Shown here piece by piece: positions 1 to 7,351 of a stretch of 25,289 bases of DNA (within the stretch, counting starts at the first letter, position 1; the number at the start of each line of letters is the position of its first letter). The DNA comes from a virus. Lineage: Duplodnaviria > Caudoviricetes. The translations under genes were made by a program, and so were the position numbers. The notes under the pieces are model-generated. The model was given only the letters and a program-made list of their open reading frames with translations, did no database searches and had not been told where the DNA came from. The stretch lies in the IMG/VR virus record IMGVR_UViG_3300017747_002921, positions 1 to 25,289 of that record. One strand, written 5' to 3'.

Positions 1-9
1 CATTCCGGA

Positions 10-38
10 ATATTAGGGAAATCCAAATACCGGCGCAA
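10..38 (-). promoter_or_regulatory. Leftward sigma70-type promoter (PR-like, towards a presumed cro beyond the window edge) overlapping an operator
   Basis: Minus strand reads TTGCGC (38-33), 17 bp, TAATAT (15-10). Operator-like ATTAGGGAAATCCAAAT at 12-28 overlaps the spacer and -10. Same architecture as the promoter at 901-929. Confidence 0.65.
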
Positions 39-101
39 GAGGATAATTCGCCATATGGGAATTTCTTTGAACGGCAGATATTTGCACACCTTCACAAAAA
101 G

Positions 102-782
102 TTGCGTAGGCTCAGTCAACAACGGCAATTTAGCGGCGGAACAGTGCAGCGCATTCGCGATCGGCTAAAAATTCTCGGCAGGCGCCAAAAAGAACTTGCG
201 GCCTTTCTGGGTATTAAGGAGAGTCGCCTGTCCGATTGCCTCAACGGGAAAAACCAGTTCAAGACGATTGAACTCCCGCAAATGGCGGCGTTTTTAAAGT
301 GGTCTCCCGCCGAGTTGCTGGCGGTTATTGCCGATCCGCTTCCCTCCCAAGGGGAAGTAAAGACGATGCCGCTCACGGTCTCCAGGGAGGATCTCGATCT
401 TCCTGTCCTGGGTGCCGAGGAGGTAGGCGGGGGGATTTTCACGTTGAGCGCTGAAGCCGTTGCCGTCACCAGCAGGCCCGTCATGTTGCGGCAGTCGAAG
501 AACTCCTTTGCCTTCCGGGTCGTTTCGGATGCGATGTACCCTGCGCTCGAACGCGGGACGCTGATCTTCATCGACCCGACAATCCCGGCCGCCGTGGGGG
601 AGAATGCCCTTTTTGTCTCCGCGCCGGGCGCAGACGGTAAAATCCGCTACACCGTCCGCCGCATCCTCGACATCACGGAAGCCCACTGGCGGGTAAAACA
701 GTGGAAGCCCGAAAAGACGGTCAACCTGGCCCGATCGGAATGGCCCACCGCCCATAAGGTCATGGGCACCCGCTCCCGCTAG
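102..782 (+). CDS. CI-like phage repressor (XRE HTH + S24 peptidase-like domain); start may be GTG at 144
   Basis: N-terminal QKELAAFLGIKESRLSDCLNGK helix-turn-helix. C-terminal AFRVVSDAMYPALERGTLIFIDP matches the S24 pattern. Flanked by operators. Confidence 0.9.
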   Translation: MRRLSQQRQFSGGTVQRIRDRLKILGRRQKELAAFLGIKESRLSDCLNGKNQFKTIELPQMAAFLKWSPAELLAVIADPLPSQGEVKTMPLTVSREDLDLPVLGAEEVGGGIFTLSAEAVAVTSRPVMLRQSKNSFAFRVVSDAMYPALERGTLIFIDPTIPAAVGENALFVSAPGADGKIRYTVRRILDITEAHWRVKQWKPEKTVNLARSEWPTAHKVMGTRSR

Positions 783-815
783 GCGGCCCAGCTCCCAAAT
801 ATCCACAGGTTTCAG

Positions 816-838
816 GCTGCATGCACTCTGCATGCGGC
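816..838 (+). terminator. Stem-loop downstream of the repressor, possible terminator
   Basis: GCTGCATGCA-CTC-TGCATGCGGC inverted repeat; no clear U-tract. Confidence 0.3.
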
Positions 839-875
839 GGGGCGTCGCTATGTCTATTTCTGCCCACACAAAATA

Positions 876-929
876 ATTAGGGAATTTTGAATAATTAGCC
901 TTGCGCTTTGATTAGGCTTTTCCTAATCT
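876..929 (+). promoter_or_regulatory. Rightward early promoter (PL-like) with two operator sites
   Basis: TTGCGC (901-906), 17 bp, TAATCT (924-929). Palindrome ATTAGG-N5-CCTAAT at 911-927 and degenerate ATTAGGGAATTTTGAAT at 876-892. Confidence 0.7.
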
Positions 930-953
930 ATCTCCACCATACAGGAGAGAGCG

Positions 954-1337
954 ATGCAGAGTGAAGGCGATAGAGAGATTGAACTGCCTCAGCCGAAGAC
1001 GGCTTCGGGGAGTCCCTCGGCTAAACCTTCCGATGCACAACACACGCGCGGGCCTTGGAGTTGTGGCCCCTCGGGGTGGCAAATGGCCGACAACTACAGT
1101 CAACCGTTCAACGTCTATCAGAGTGGCGTTCCAAATCTGATCGCTGGATGCTTTGGCGATGTGCGGGGCGGCCCCGAGGTCGCAGAAGCCAATGCCCGCC
1201 TGATCGCCGCCGCGCCTGATCTGTTGGCAGCGCTGAAGGAGGCCAAGAAGGCCCTTCAACCGATAATGACCAGGGCTGACCGTGAAGTGTTCCAGCGGGT
1301 CGTCGCCGCCCTCTCCAAGGCCGAGTCCCAGTCATGA
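954..1337 (+). CDS. Phage hypothetical protein (HTxGPW...ANARLIAAAPDLL family)
   Basis: AGGAG RBS; motif common in small phage early proteins. The N-terminal ~27 aa are encoded by repeat F1. Confidence 0.85.
   Translation: MQSEGDREIELPQPKTASGSPSAKPSDAQHTRGPWSCGPSGWQMADNYSQPFNVYQSGVPNLIAGCFGDVRGGPEVAEANARLIAAAPDLLAALKEAKKALQPIMTRADREVFQRVVAALSKAESQS
969..1035 (+). repeat. Dispersed hairpin-box element, forward copy F1
   Basis: GAACTGCCTC, hairpin AGCCG-AAGA-CGGCT (991-1004), TCGGGGAGTCC (1005-1015), 9 nt, ACCTTCCGATG (1025-1035). Confidence 0.85.
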
Positions 1338-1594
1338 GTGCAGGGGAAGAGAATGGGTGCCTACGCGCCGATGGCGCTCCGGGGAGTCCTGCTAAGGGAC
1401 CTTCCGACGCCGACCGCGAGATAGAAACGCTGATCCTCGTCTGCAAAGCGCTTTGGCCGCTGACCCACATCGAGCGCCGCCGCGTCCTGAAATATCTGTG
1501 GGCTCGGCTGGTTGAGGCGCGCGAACCGGAGCAGGTCGCAGAAGCCTCAGTCTCCCCGGCACGCGAAGCGGGCCGCACCAATCCTCTTAAATAG
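1334..1594 (+). CDS. Hypothetical protein bounded by inverted copies of the element
   Basis: ATGA overlap with the previous gene; both termini are encoded by repeats F2 and R1. Confidence 0.7.
   Translation: MSAGEENGCLRADGAPGSPAKGPSDADREIETLILVCKALWPLTHIERRRVLKYLWARLVEAREPEQVAEASVSPAREAGRTNPLK
1347..1409 (+). repeat. Element forward copy F2
   Basis: GGGTGCCTAC, hairpin GCGCC-GAT-GGCGC (1365-1377), TCCGGGGAGTCC, 9 nt, ACCTTCCGACG (1399-1409). Confidence 0.85.
1528..1588 (-). repeat. Element inverted copy R1 (degenerate)
   Basis: Minus strand AAGAGGATTGGTGC..CGC-TTC-GCG..CCGGGGAGACT..ACCTGC aligns with F2. Confidence 0.65.
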
Positions 1595-1612
1595 TTGAAA
1601 GGAGAAAGAGAG

Positions 1613-1981
1613 ATGGACACCAGCATTTATCATCTCTGGGACACCAGCCAGCCCAAGGCCGCGCCCGTCACCGTCACCCAAGCTGATGCTTGGGTCGTCG
1701 TCTCGTGGTCCCGCGACCGGGACTCGATCAAGCCGCCGCACACGGGCCGCTACGAGTACGAACACCGCGCCGACCTCAACGAGGCTTACGACCTGTACGC
1801 GGACTATGAGAGCGGCGGCTGCCCCGGCTGGTCTGCTGTCGGCATCTTCCCCTGCAAGAATGGTCTGCCGTTTGGTCCGCCGCTTCCCCTGTCGCAAATC
1901 TCCGCTGCTACGCAAGAGGCTCGGCAGGACAAGCGCGCCGATGACGAGCATGTCCGCCTGTTCGGGAGGCCCAGCCTGTGA
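1613..1981 (+). CDS. Hypothetical protein
   Basis: AAAGGAG/GAGAG upstream of ATG 1613; GTGA overlap with the next gene. Confidence 0.75.
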   Translation: MDTSIYHLWDTSQPKAAPVTVTQADAWVVVSWSRDRDSIKPPHTGRYEYEHRADLNEAYDLYADYESGGCPGWSAVGIFPCKNGLPFGPPLPLSQISAATQEARQDKRADDEHVRLFGRPSL

Positions 1982-2355
1982 ACATCAAAGAGCATATCGA
2001 AGCGGGGCACTATCCGAAGGACGAGAAGGGCCGGGCGCTGGTGCCAATGAAGTCCGGCCGTCAGTTGGTGGTCACGGCTACCGACAAGCCGGGGCCGTGC
2101 CCGATCATTGGCTGGGTCGAGGGCATCAACCACGCATTCGGCTGGTACGGCGACAGTGAAGACCTCCTCCCTCCCCCGCCGCGCAAGGTGAAGGTGATGG
2201 CGTATACGGTCCTCACGCGAGGCAACACCGGGAAGTATGAGACGAGCGGTCTCTTCTTCAATCGCAGCGAAGCAGGCGGCCATAACTGTGGCGCCAGCGG
2301 GCTCGGGATCGTCACCCTCACCGGCGAATACGAGGAGCCGTGGTCATCGCCATGA
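1978..2355 (+). CDS. Hypothetical protein
   Basis: GTG start coupled to the upstream stop, GGAGG RBS, plausible globular composition. Confidence 0.75.
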   Translation: MNIKEHIEAGHYPKDEKGRALVPMKSGRQLVVTATDKPGPCPIIGWVEGINHAFGWYGDSEDLLPPPPRKVKVMAYTVLTRGNTGKYETSGLFFNRSEAGGHNCGASGLGIVTLTGEYEEPWSSP

Positions 2356-2362
2356 GACTCGC

Positions 2363-2393
2363 TCGCGTTGTCCCGCAGCAAAACCGACCGTCA
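2363..2393 (+). repeat. Element partial forward copy F3 (hairpin lost)
   Basis: TCGCGTTGTCC, 9 nt (CGCAGCAAA), ACCGACCGTCA; same spacing as F1, F2 and F5. Confidence 0.55.
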
Positions 2394-2416
2394 ACATAAT
2401 CGAGAGGAGATAGAGC

Positions 2417-2608
2417 ATGACCCGCCACGAGTTGCAGCGCCTTCGCGACATTGCGAACGCCATTCTCGATCGCCCCGAGATGGCCGCCGCCGCATTGGAG
2501 CGCGTCATCGCCGCCGCCGAGTCTGAACACGCCGACGAAGATGCTCACCACGACTTGCTCGCGAGCAAGGATCGCCCCGTCAACCTAGACCAACAGGCAG
2601 CAGCATGA
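2417..2608 (+). CDS. Small hypothetical protein
   Basis: GAGGAG RBS; ATGA overlap with the nuclease gene. Confidence 0.75.
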   Translation: MTRHELQRLRDIANAILDRPEMAAAALERVIAAAESEHADEDAHHDLLASKDRPVNLDQQAAA

Positions 2609-3348
2609 ACCCGTTTGAACGCCACGGAATAACCCACCTCAGCGCGAGCAGCTTGGGGCTCTACAGGGACCAGCCAGCGGCGTGGGTCTGCCGCTACCTC
2701 TTGCGCGTCAAGGACGAGGCCGGGCCCGGCGCATGGCGCGGCACCGCGACCGAGGCCGGCATGGACATGTACCTGTTCGGCCAGCCCGAGAACGCTACCA
2801 AGGCCATGCACCTCGCCTTCGAGGAACGCGCCGCCGGGGTTGCCGACGACAAGACGGTCAAGGAGCGGCAGGCCCTGCCGATGTTCCTGACGCAGGCGCG
2901 GCTCGCGTTGGAGGGCAAGGGAACGCCCCTCACCCGCCAGAGCAAGATCAAGATCGAGATACCGGGGCTGGTCGTGCCAATCATCGGCTTCTCGGACTGG
3001 CAGTGGGCCGATGTGGGCCGGGATCTCAAGACAACCTGGGCGCTGCCGAGCAACCCCAAGCCCGAGCACATCGACCAGATGGCGATCTACATGGAGGCCA
3101 CCGGCAAGCCCTTCGAGCTGGTCTACGTCACCCCGAAGAAGCACGCCATCTATCCGATCAGCCAGCAGCAGGCAGCCGAAGGCATGGCCCGCGTCCGTCG
3201 TGGCGCGCTCGCCATCCAGCACATGCTCGGCAAGGTGGACAGCGGCGAAGACGCGCTGCGGCTCTACACGCCGGATTACTCATCGTTCTACTGGTCGGCA
3301 GAGATGGTGCTGGCCGCCAACAAGGTTCTTGAAGGAGCGCCAGCATGA
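2605..3348 (+). CDS. PD-(D/E)XK superfamily exonuclease (RecB/Cas4-like phage recombination nuclease)
   Basis: HLSASSL, RGTATE, GFSD...DLKTT and QMAIY motifs in the canonical order. Confidence 0.85.
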   Translation: MNPFERHGITHLSASSLGLYRDQPAAWVCRYLLRVKDEAGPGAWRGTATEAGMDMYLFGQPENATKAMHLAFEERAAGVADDKTVKERQALPMFLTQARLALEGKGTPLTRQSKIKIEIPGLVVPIIGFSDWQWADVGRDLKTTWALPSNPKPEHIDQMAIYMEATGKPFELVYVTPKKHAIYPISQQQAAEGMARVRRGALAIQHMLGKVDSGEDALRLYTPDYSSFYWSAEMVLAANKVLEGAPA

Positions 3349-3800
3349 CCGTCATTGTCGCCAAGTACGTCAACCCGGCCAAGCCGGACAAGAAGTTCGG
3401 CAGCATCGTGGACGCCAGCGGGGCGAAGTTCATGCTCCCGGTCGGGATGCAGGATGCCTTCGCCGCCGGGCAGACCTACGACGTACCCACATCGCAGAAG
3501 AAATGGGGCGATAGCGTCGTGACGGTGATCGAGGGACGGCCCGGCGCGGCCGGATCGACCAACCCCGCCACCCCGCCCGCAGCCCCTGCCCCCGCGCCAC
3601 AGGCCGCCCCACGCCCCGCCTACAACGGAAACGGGAATGGCAACGGCAGCGTATCCAAGGACGTGCAGATCGCGACCATCGCCCTGATGAAGTCCTTCAT
3701 CGAGAGCGGCAGCTTTGGCCTCACCGATCTGCCGGCGCTGGAGGCGGCCTGCATTCCGACCGCCCGCAGCATCGTGAAGCGCACGGCGGACGGCACATGA
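3345..3800 (+). CDS. Hypothetical protein, possibly ssDNA-binding or annealing
   Basis: Beta-rich N-domain, Pro/Ala linker, short helical C-domain; directly after the exonuclease. Function inferred from context only. Confidence 0.6.
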   Translation: MTVIVAKYVNPAKPDKKFGSIVDASGAKFMLPVGMQDAFAAGQTYDVPTSQKKWGDSVVTVIEGRPGAAGSTNPATPPAAPAPAPQAAPRPAYNGNGNGNGSVSKDVQIATIALMKSFIESGSFGLTDLPALEAACIPTARSIVKRTADGT

Positions 3801-4120
3801 TTACCGAGCCCCAGGTGCAGGAGTCGATGGACTACCTGTTCGGATCGGCCGTCGCGGCGGCGCAGGCTCGCGCCGACCGGGAAGTGCTGGAACAGGGACT
3901 GAAGCGCATCAAGGCCATGGAAATGCGCGACGCCAACGCAAAAACCATAGGCGAGCGGGAAACCACCGCCTACGCATCCGAGGCTTACAGGGTGGCCCTT
4001 GAGGGGCTGCGCGAGGCCATCACGAAAGACGAGACGTTCCGCGCCATGCGGTCGGCACACTCGGCCCGGATCGAAAGCTGGCGCACCCAGCAGGCAACCA
4101 TGAGAAGCGTGCGCCTGTGA
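3797..4120 (+). CDS. Helical phage protein of recombination modules (UvsY-like mediator, tentative)
   Basis: All-helical, ends in IESWRTQQATMR, a motif seen in phage recombination blocks. Confidence 0.6.
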   Translation: MITEPQVQESMDYLFGSAVAAAQARADREVLEQGLKRIKAMEMRDANAKTIGERETTAYASEAYRVALEGLREAITKDETFRAMRSAHSARIESWRTQQATMRSVRL

Positions 4121-4446
4121 GACGCGAGTTCCCCGACAAGGTGAAGATAGACGCTTTCCAGCGCGCCGATGGTCACTGCGAGAAATGCACCGCCAAGCTG
4201 TTCGTGGGGAAGATCCACTACGACCACCGCATCCCCGATGCCATGGGAGGCGAGCCGACGCTATCCAACTGTGATGTGCTTTGCTCCGCGTGCCATGGGG
4301 TCAAGACGCATCGCATCGACGTTCCGGCCATCGCCAAGGTCAAGCGCATCCGTGCCAAGCATCTTGGGGCGGTTAAGCCCTCCGGCTTTCGTAAGCCACC
4401 TGAAGGATACGATCCTTGGAAAAGACGAATGAGGGAAGCGACATGA
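4117..4446 (+). CDS. HNH endonuclease
   Basis: CEKC...YDHRIP...GG...NCDVLCSACHGVKT. Confidence 0.9.
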   Translation: MRREFPDKVKIDAFQRADGHCEKCTAKLFVGKIHYDHRIPDAMGGEPTLSNCDVLCSACHGVKTHRIDVPAIAKVKRIRAKHLGAVKPSGFRKPPEGYDPWKRRMREAT

Positions 4447-4625
4447 GCAAAGCAAAGCGAGAGAAGCCGGTTGAGTTGGACAACGCGAGCGACAAGATGG
4501 CCGTCATGCTGTTTCGTGCGGCGCTCAAAGTTGTCCGCGAAGGCGGCGGCCCGATCAAGATCACACTGCATCCGACAAAGCGCCCGCACCCCGCGAGTGC
4601 CCACGTTAAGGGGCGCAGGCCATGA
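4443..4625 (+). CDS. Small basic hypothetical protein
   Basis: ATGA overlap at 4443; its stop codon directly abuts repeat R2. Confidence 0.6.
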   Translation: MSKAKREKPVELDNASDKMAVMLFRAALKVVREGGGPIKITLHPTKRPHPASAHVKGRRP

Positions 4626-4681
4626 GCAGGCAGGTCTGACATGCAGGACTCCCGGAGGCCGAAGGCCGACGCACTACTCTC
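4626..4681 (-). repeat. Element inverted copy R2
   Basis: Plus strand GCAGGCAGGT, 10 nt, GGACTCCCGGA, hairpin GGCC-GAA-GGCC (4657-4667). Confidence 0.85.
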
Positions 4682-4688
4682 CTTTGAA

Positions 4689-4736
4689 ATAGAGAATGAA
4701 CTGGCTCGGCTTCGCCTCGCGGAGTCCTTCAGAAAC
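4689..4736 (+). repeat. Element forward copy F4 (terminal box replaced by an RBS)
   Basis: AGAGAATGAACTGGCTC, hairpin GGC-TTC-GCC (4708-4716), TCGCGGAGTCC (4717-4727). Confidence 0.85.
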
Positions 4737-4747
4737 AGGAGTGCGAC

Positions 4748-5023
4748 ATGAGCGATGAGGTTAGCTTGATGATCGTTGTCGGCATGGCAGCGATGTTGAT
4801 GGGGTTGATTCTCGGGCGATGGTCCGAGGCCTCGATCTGGCGCGGCAAGTGTGGCGACGAGGTCGGCTACCGCACCGCCATGTGTAGCGGCGGCAAGTTC
4901 TACTACGTCGTCACGGAGCGCGAATACGTCGACAAGGTGATGGGGCCGCTGACGGACAAGGAAATCGAGGCGCGCACGCTGGCCGCGCAGTACAGCGACC
5001 AGCATCCGTATGGTGCGCCATGA
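4748..5023 (+). CDS. Hypothetical protein with an N-terminal transmembrane segment
   Basis: AGGAG RBS; hydrophobic LMIVVGMAAMLMGLILG. Confidence 0.75.
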   Translation: MSDEVSLMIVVGMAAMLMGLILGRWSEASIWRGKCGDEVGYRTAMCSGGKFYYVVTEREYVDKVMGPLTDKEIEARTLAAQYSDQHPYGAP

Positions 5024-5112
5024 TTTGGTACATCGCTTCGGCCATCGGCGGCGCTGCCGTCTGCTACTTCCTCGTCTGGCTCTACGTCGTCTGCAATTGG
5101 CCCCGGCCATGA
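5020..5112 (+). CDS. 30-aa membrane peptide (absent from the ORF track)
   Basis: MIWYIASAIGGAAVCYFLVWLYVVCNWPRP; ATGA overlaps at both ends fill the gap exactly. Confidence 0.7.
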   Translation: MIWYIASAIGGAAVCYFLVWLYVVCNWPRP

Positions 5113-5354
5113 TCAAGGCAATATGCCACGGCAAGAACGGCCGCAAGATCGCGCTGCTCGGCATTACGGACATGAACATCCAGAAGATGCGCGAGGGCAA
5201 GCCGATCCAGATCCACGGCGAGGAAATGGGCCTCGGCAATCTCGAAATCTGGATCATCACCGGCAAGGACGAGGCAGCGCTCGCCAAAACGCTCTCGCCG
5301 ATGATCGGACCCGAGACGACCGTGCGAAATCAGACAAAGGAGCGCCGCCAATGA
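5109..5354 (+). CDS. Hypothetical protein
   Basis: MIKAICHGK... starts at an ATGA overlap; LGITDMNIQKMREGKPI. Confidence 0.75.
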   Translation: MIKAICHGKNGRKIALLGITDMNIQKMREGKPIQIHGEEMGLGNLEIWIITGKDEAALAKTLSPMIGPETTVRNQTKERRQ

Positions 5355-5767
5355 GCAGGAAGGTGACAGCCATGGGACCACGCGAGCAAGGCGGTGCAAT
5401 CGTGACCGCGCAAGACCTCCCTCCGGTGCTGGAAAGCTGCCCTTTCTGCGGGAACGTCGCGATTCTGCATCGGCATTGCGAGGGTCAAGGAGCAGATCAA
5501 AAGCTGATCGCGGTCTACGTGGCTTGCAACACGTTCAAGCCGAACGCCTGTGGTGCCGCCGTGATGACGACGCCCCTTGGTTGCGCCTTCACACACGAAG
5601 CCGACGCCATCGCCGCCTGGAACCGCCGCTCTCTCCGGGCGGAACGGGATGCGGTGCTGGAATTGGCGGCAGTTAAGGCCGAGACGTGCCCCGTGATGGA
5701 CGTTCACTGGCGTCGCGACATCGCCGCAGCCATCCGCGCACTGAAGGCGGAAGGTGGTGGAGCATGA
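5351..5767 (+). CDS. Lar-family (restriction alleviation-like) zinc-finger protein
   Basis: LESCPFCG...VACNT...CGA...DAIAAWNRR. Start may be 5351 (ATGA) or GTG 5402. Confidence 0.75.
   Translation: MSRKVTAMGPREQGGAIVTAQDLPPVLESCPFCGNVAILHRHCEGQGADQKLIAVYVACNTFKPNACGAAVMTTPLGCAFTHEADAIAAWNRRSLRAERDAVLELAAVKAETCPVMDVHWRRDIAAAIRALKAEGGGA
5355..5385 (-). repeat. Element partial inverted copy R3
   Basis: GCAGGAAGGT, 10 nt, GGACCACGCGA, directly after a TGA stop. Confidence 0.65.
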
Positions 5768-6027
5768 CCAGCGGCGGACTCACCATGGCCGAGGGCTGGA
5801 ACCTCCAGCTACAGGGGCGCGTGCGAGAACTGGAGGCCGATTTAGAGCAGGCCGAACAGCTTTTGCGCGATGTCACCAAGGACATGCAGAACAGCACTGA
5901 ACTCCGCCTCGCGGTGCTTTTCCTTCAAGGCATGGACGACAAACGCGCCAAGCGCGCCGCTATCGCGGAAGATGTTGAGGAATTTCTGAAGGCGGAAGGT
6001 GTCGAGAAGGAGACGAACAATGACTAA
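5764..6027 (+). CDS. Coiled-coil hypothetical protein
   Basis: GGAG RBS, ATGA overlap; RVRELEADLEQAEQLL heptads. Confidence 0.7.
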   Translation: MTSGGLTMAEGWNLQLQGRVRELEADLEQAEQLLRDVTKDMQNSTELRLAVLFLQGMDDKRAKRAAIAEDVEEFLKAEGVEKETNND

Positions 6028-6340
6028 CATGACGAAAGCCGCGCAGGACGTTCTTGTCGAACGCGAGCGCCAGAAGGCCGCCGAAGGCTGGACGCCAGAG
6101 CATGACGACGAGCACGCCAATGGCTCGATAGCCCTTGCGGCTGCAGCCTACGCCTCTGGATATGAATGGATCTGGCCGTGGGATGGGACTTGGTGGAAAC
6201 CAAAGAGCCCGCGTCGCGACCTCGTCCGAGCCGGCGCGCTGATCCTCGCCGAGATCGAACGCTTGGATCGCATCGAACCCAAGCAGGAAGGTGTCGAGGC
6301 GGGACCACCCGGAGCGACGAAGTCGCGTAGGCACCCCTAA
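6020..6340 (+). CDS. Phage hypothetical protein (ERxRQ..EGWTPEHDD family)
   Basis: Recognisable motifs ending RRDLVRAGALILAEIERLDR; the C-terminal tail is encoded by R4. Confidence 0.85.
   Translation: MTNMTKAAQDVLVERERQKAAEGWTPEHDDEHANGSIALAAAAYASGYEWIWPWDGTWWKPKSPRRDLVRAGALILAEIERLDRIEPKQEGVEAGPPGATKSRRHP
6283..6336 (-). repeat. Element inverted copy R4
   Basis: GCAGGAAGGT, 9 nt, GGACCACCCGGA, hairpin GCGAC-GAA-GTCGC (6314-6326), GTAGGCACCC. Confidence 0.85.
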
Positions 6341-6363
6341 CCCCTTCGTATTAATAAGGAGAT

Positions 6364-6429
6364 GAGAGATGGATGAACTGGCTCAGCGCAAGAGCGCTTC
6401 GCGGAGTCCTGCAGAGAAACCTACCGATG
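6364..6429 (+). repeat. Element forward copy F5
   Basis: ATGAACTGGCTC, hairpin AGCGC-AAGA-GCGCT (6385-6398), TCGCGGAGTCC, 9 nt, ACCTACCGATG (6419-6429). Confidence 0.9.
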
Positions 6430-6818
6430 CCAAACCAAAGACCGAGGCCGAGTGGCGACGACAGCGTAACGAAGCGCAGAACGCCCTGTACGAGTTCGAG
6501 AAGAAGGCCCGAGCCGACAAATGCGCAGCGTTGCTGGGCAATTGCTATCGCTTCAACAATTCATACGGCAGCGGAGAGAAGAGCTGGCTTCTGTACGCCC
6601 GTGTGGTCGGTGCTGACGATTGGGGCCGCCCGATCATCTTCAAGTTCGAGACGACCTCGCGCGGCGAGATCAGAATCGAGCCCTTCGAGGCGTGCATGTC
6701 ACTCGACAGCTACAAGCCCATCGAGATCCGGGAATATCTCGACGCATGGGCTGAACTTCAACATCGCGTAGCTGCCCTGATTGCCGCGCCGCCACCTAGC
6801 AAGGCGGAAGGTCCGTAA
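6369..6818 (+). CDS. Hypothetical protein bounded by F5 and R5
   Basis: TAAGGAG upstream; 149-aa ORF whose termini lie inside the repeats. Confidence 0.8.
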   Translation: MDELAQRKSASRSPAEKPTDAKPKTEAEWRRQRNEAQNALYEFEKKARADKCAALLGNCYRFNNSYGSGEKSWLLYARVVGADDWGRPIIFKFETTSRGEIRIEPFEACMSLDSYKPIEIREYLDAWAELQHRVAALIAAPPPSKAEGP

Positions 6819-6857
6819 TGCAGGACTCCGCGAAGCAGCGAAGCTGCGTAGCCACCC
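6803..6857 (-). repeat. Element inverted copy R5
   Basis: GGCGGAAGGT, 10 nt, GGACTCCGCGA, hairpin GCAGC-GAA-GCTGC (6835-6847), GTAGCCACCC. Confidence 0.9.
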
Positions 6858-6914
6858 CCCTTCTTCAATTCTCACCCACGGAAGCGTAGTCCTACCATTG
6901 AAGTCTAGGAGACG

Positions 6915-7127
6915 ATGATGCCCCGACCTAAGAAGAAGGCCCCCAAGAAGGAAAATTGGCGCGGCTTTATAGCCAAGCACGACGATCCCGAGGGCAACGG
7001 CTTTCCCCGGCCCGGCATTCGCCGCTTTCGCGTCTACCCTCTCCAAAAACTGCGCACCAGCGAAGGTCTAAAAGACGTGGCGATCATCGAACTGCTCCCG
7101 CGCGCCAAGCCCCGGAAGCGCCCATGA
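6915..7127 (+). CDS. Small basic hypothetical protein
   Basis: AGGAG RBS; ATGA overlap with the xis-like gene. Confidence 0.7.
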   Translation: MMPRPKKKAPKKENWRGFIAKHDDPEGNGFPRPGIRRFRVYPLQKLRTSEGLKDVAIIELLPRAKPRKRP

Positions 7128-7351
7128 GTGAACAGAACGACGACCGCGAGCTGCGCATCGCCACCCGCGCTGTGCGCCTGTACGCTGAGAGCCACCCAAG
7201 GCCAACGCAGGTTACGCAGACCCAGGCTGCGGAGATCCTTGGCGTTGCGCCCCGAACCGTGCGACGCTACATCCGCGCCGGCCGGTTGAAGCTCAATCGC
7301 TGCGGCTATCTGCCGATTGAGGCGGTCGACGCGATGCGCGCTCCCCAATAA
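7124..7351 (+). CDS. Excisionase-like HTH DNA-binding protein
   Basis: VTQTQAAEILGVAPRTVRRYIRAGRL; adjacent to attP and the integrase. Confidence 0.8.
   Translation: MSEQNDDRELRIATRAVRLYAESHPRPTQVTQTQAAEILGVAPRTVRRYIRAGRLKLNRCGYLPIEAVDAMRAPQ

Noticed and set aside
2605-3348. Cas4 as part of a CRISPR system
   Set aside because: No Fe-S cysteine cluster, array or other cas genes; it is an ordinary phage recombination nuclease.
6884-6892. GCGTAGTCC as another forward copy after R5
   Set aside because: Only one box is similar; hairpin and terminal box are absent, so it is too weak to call.
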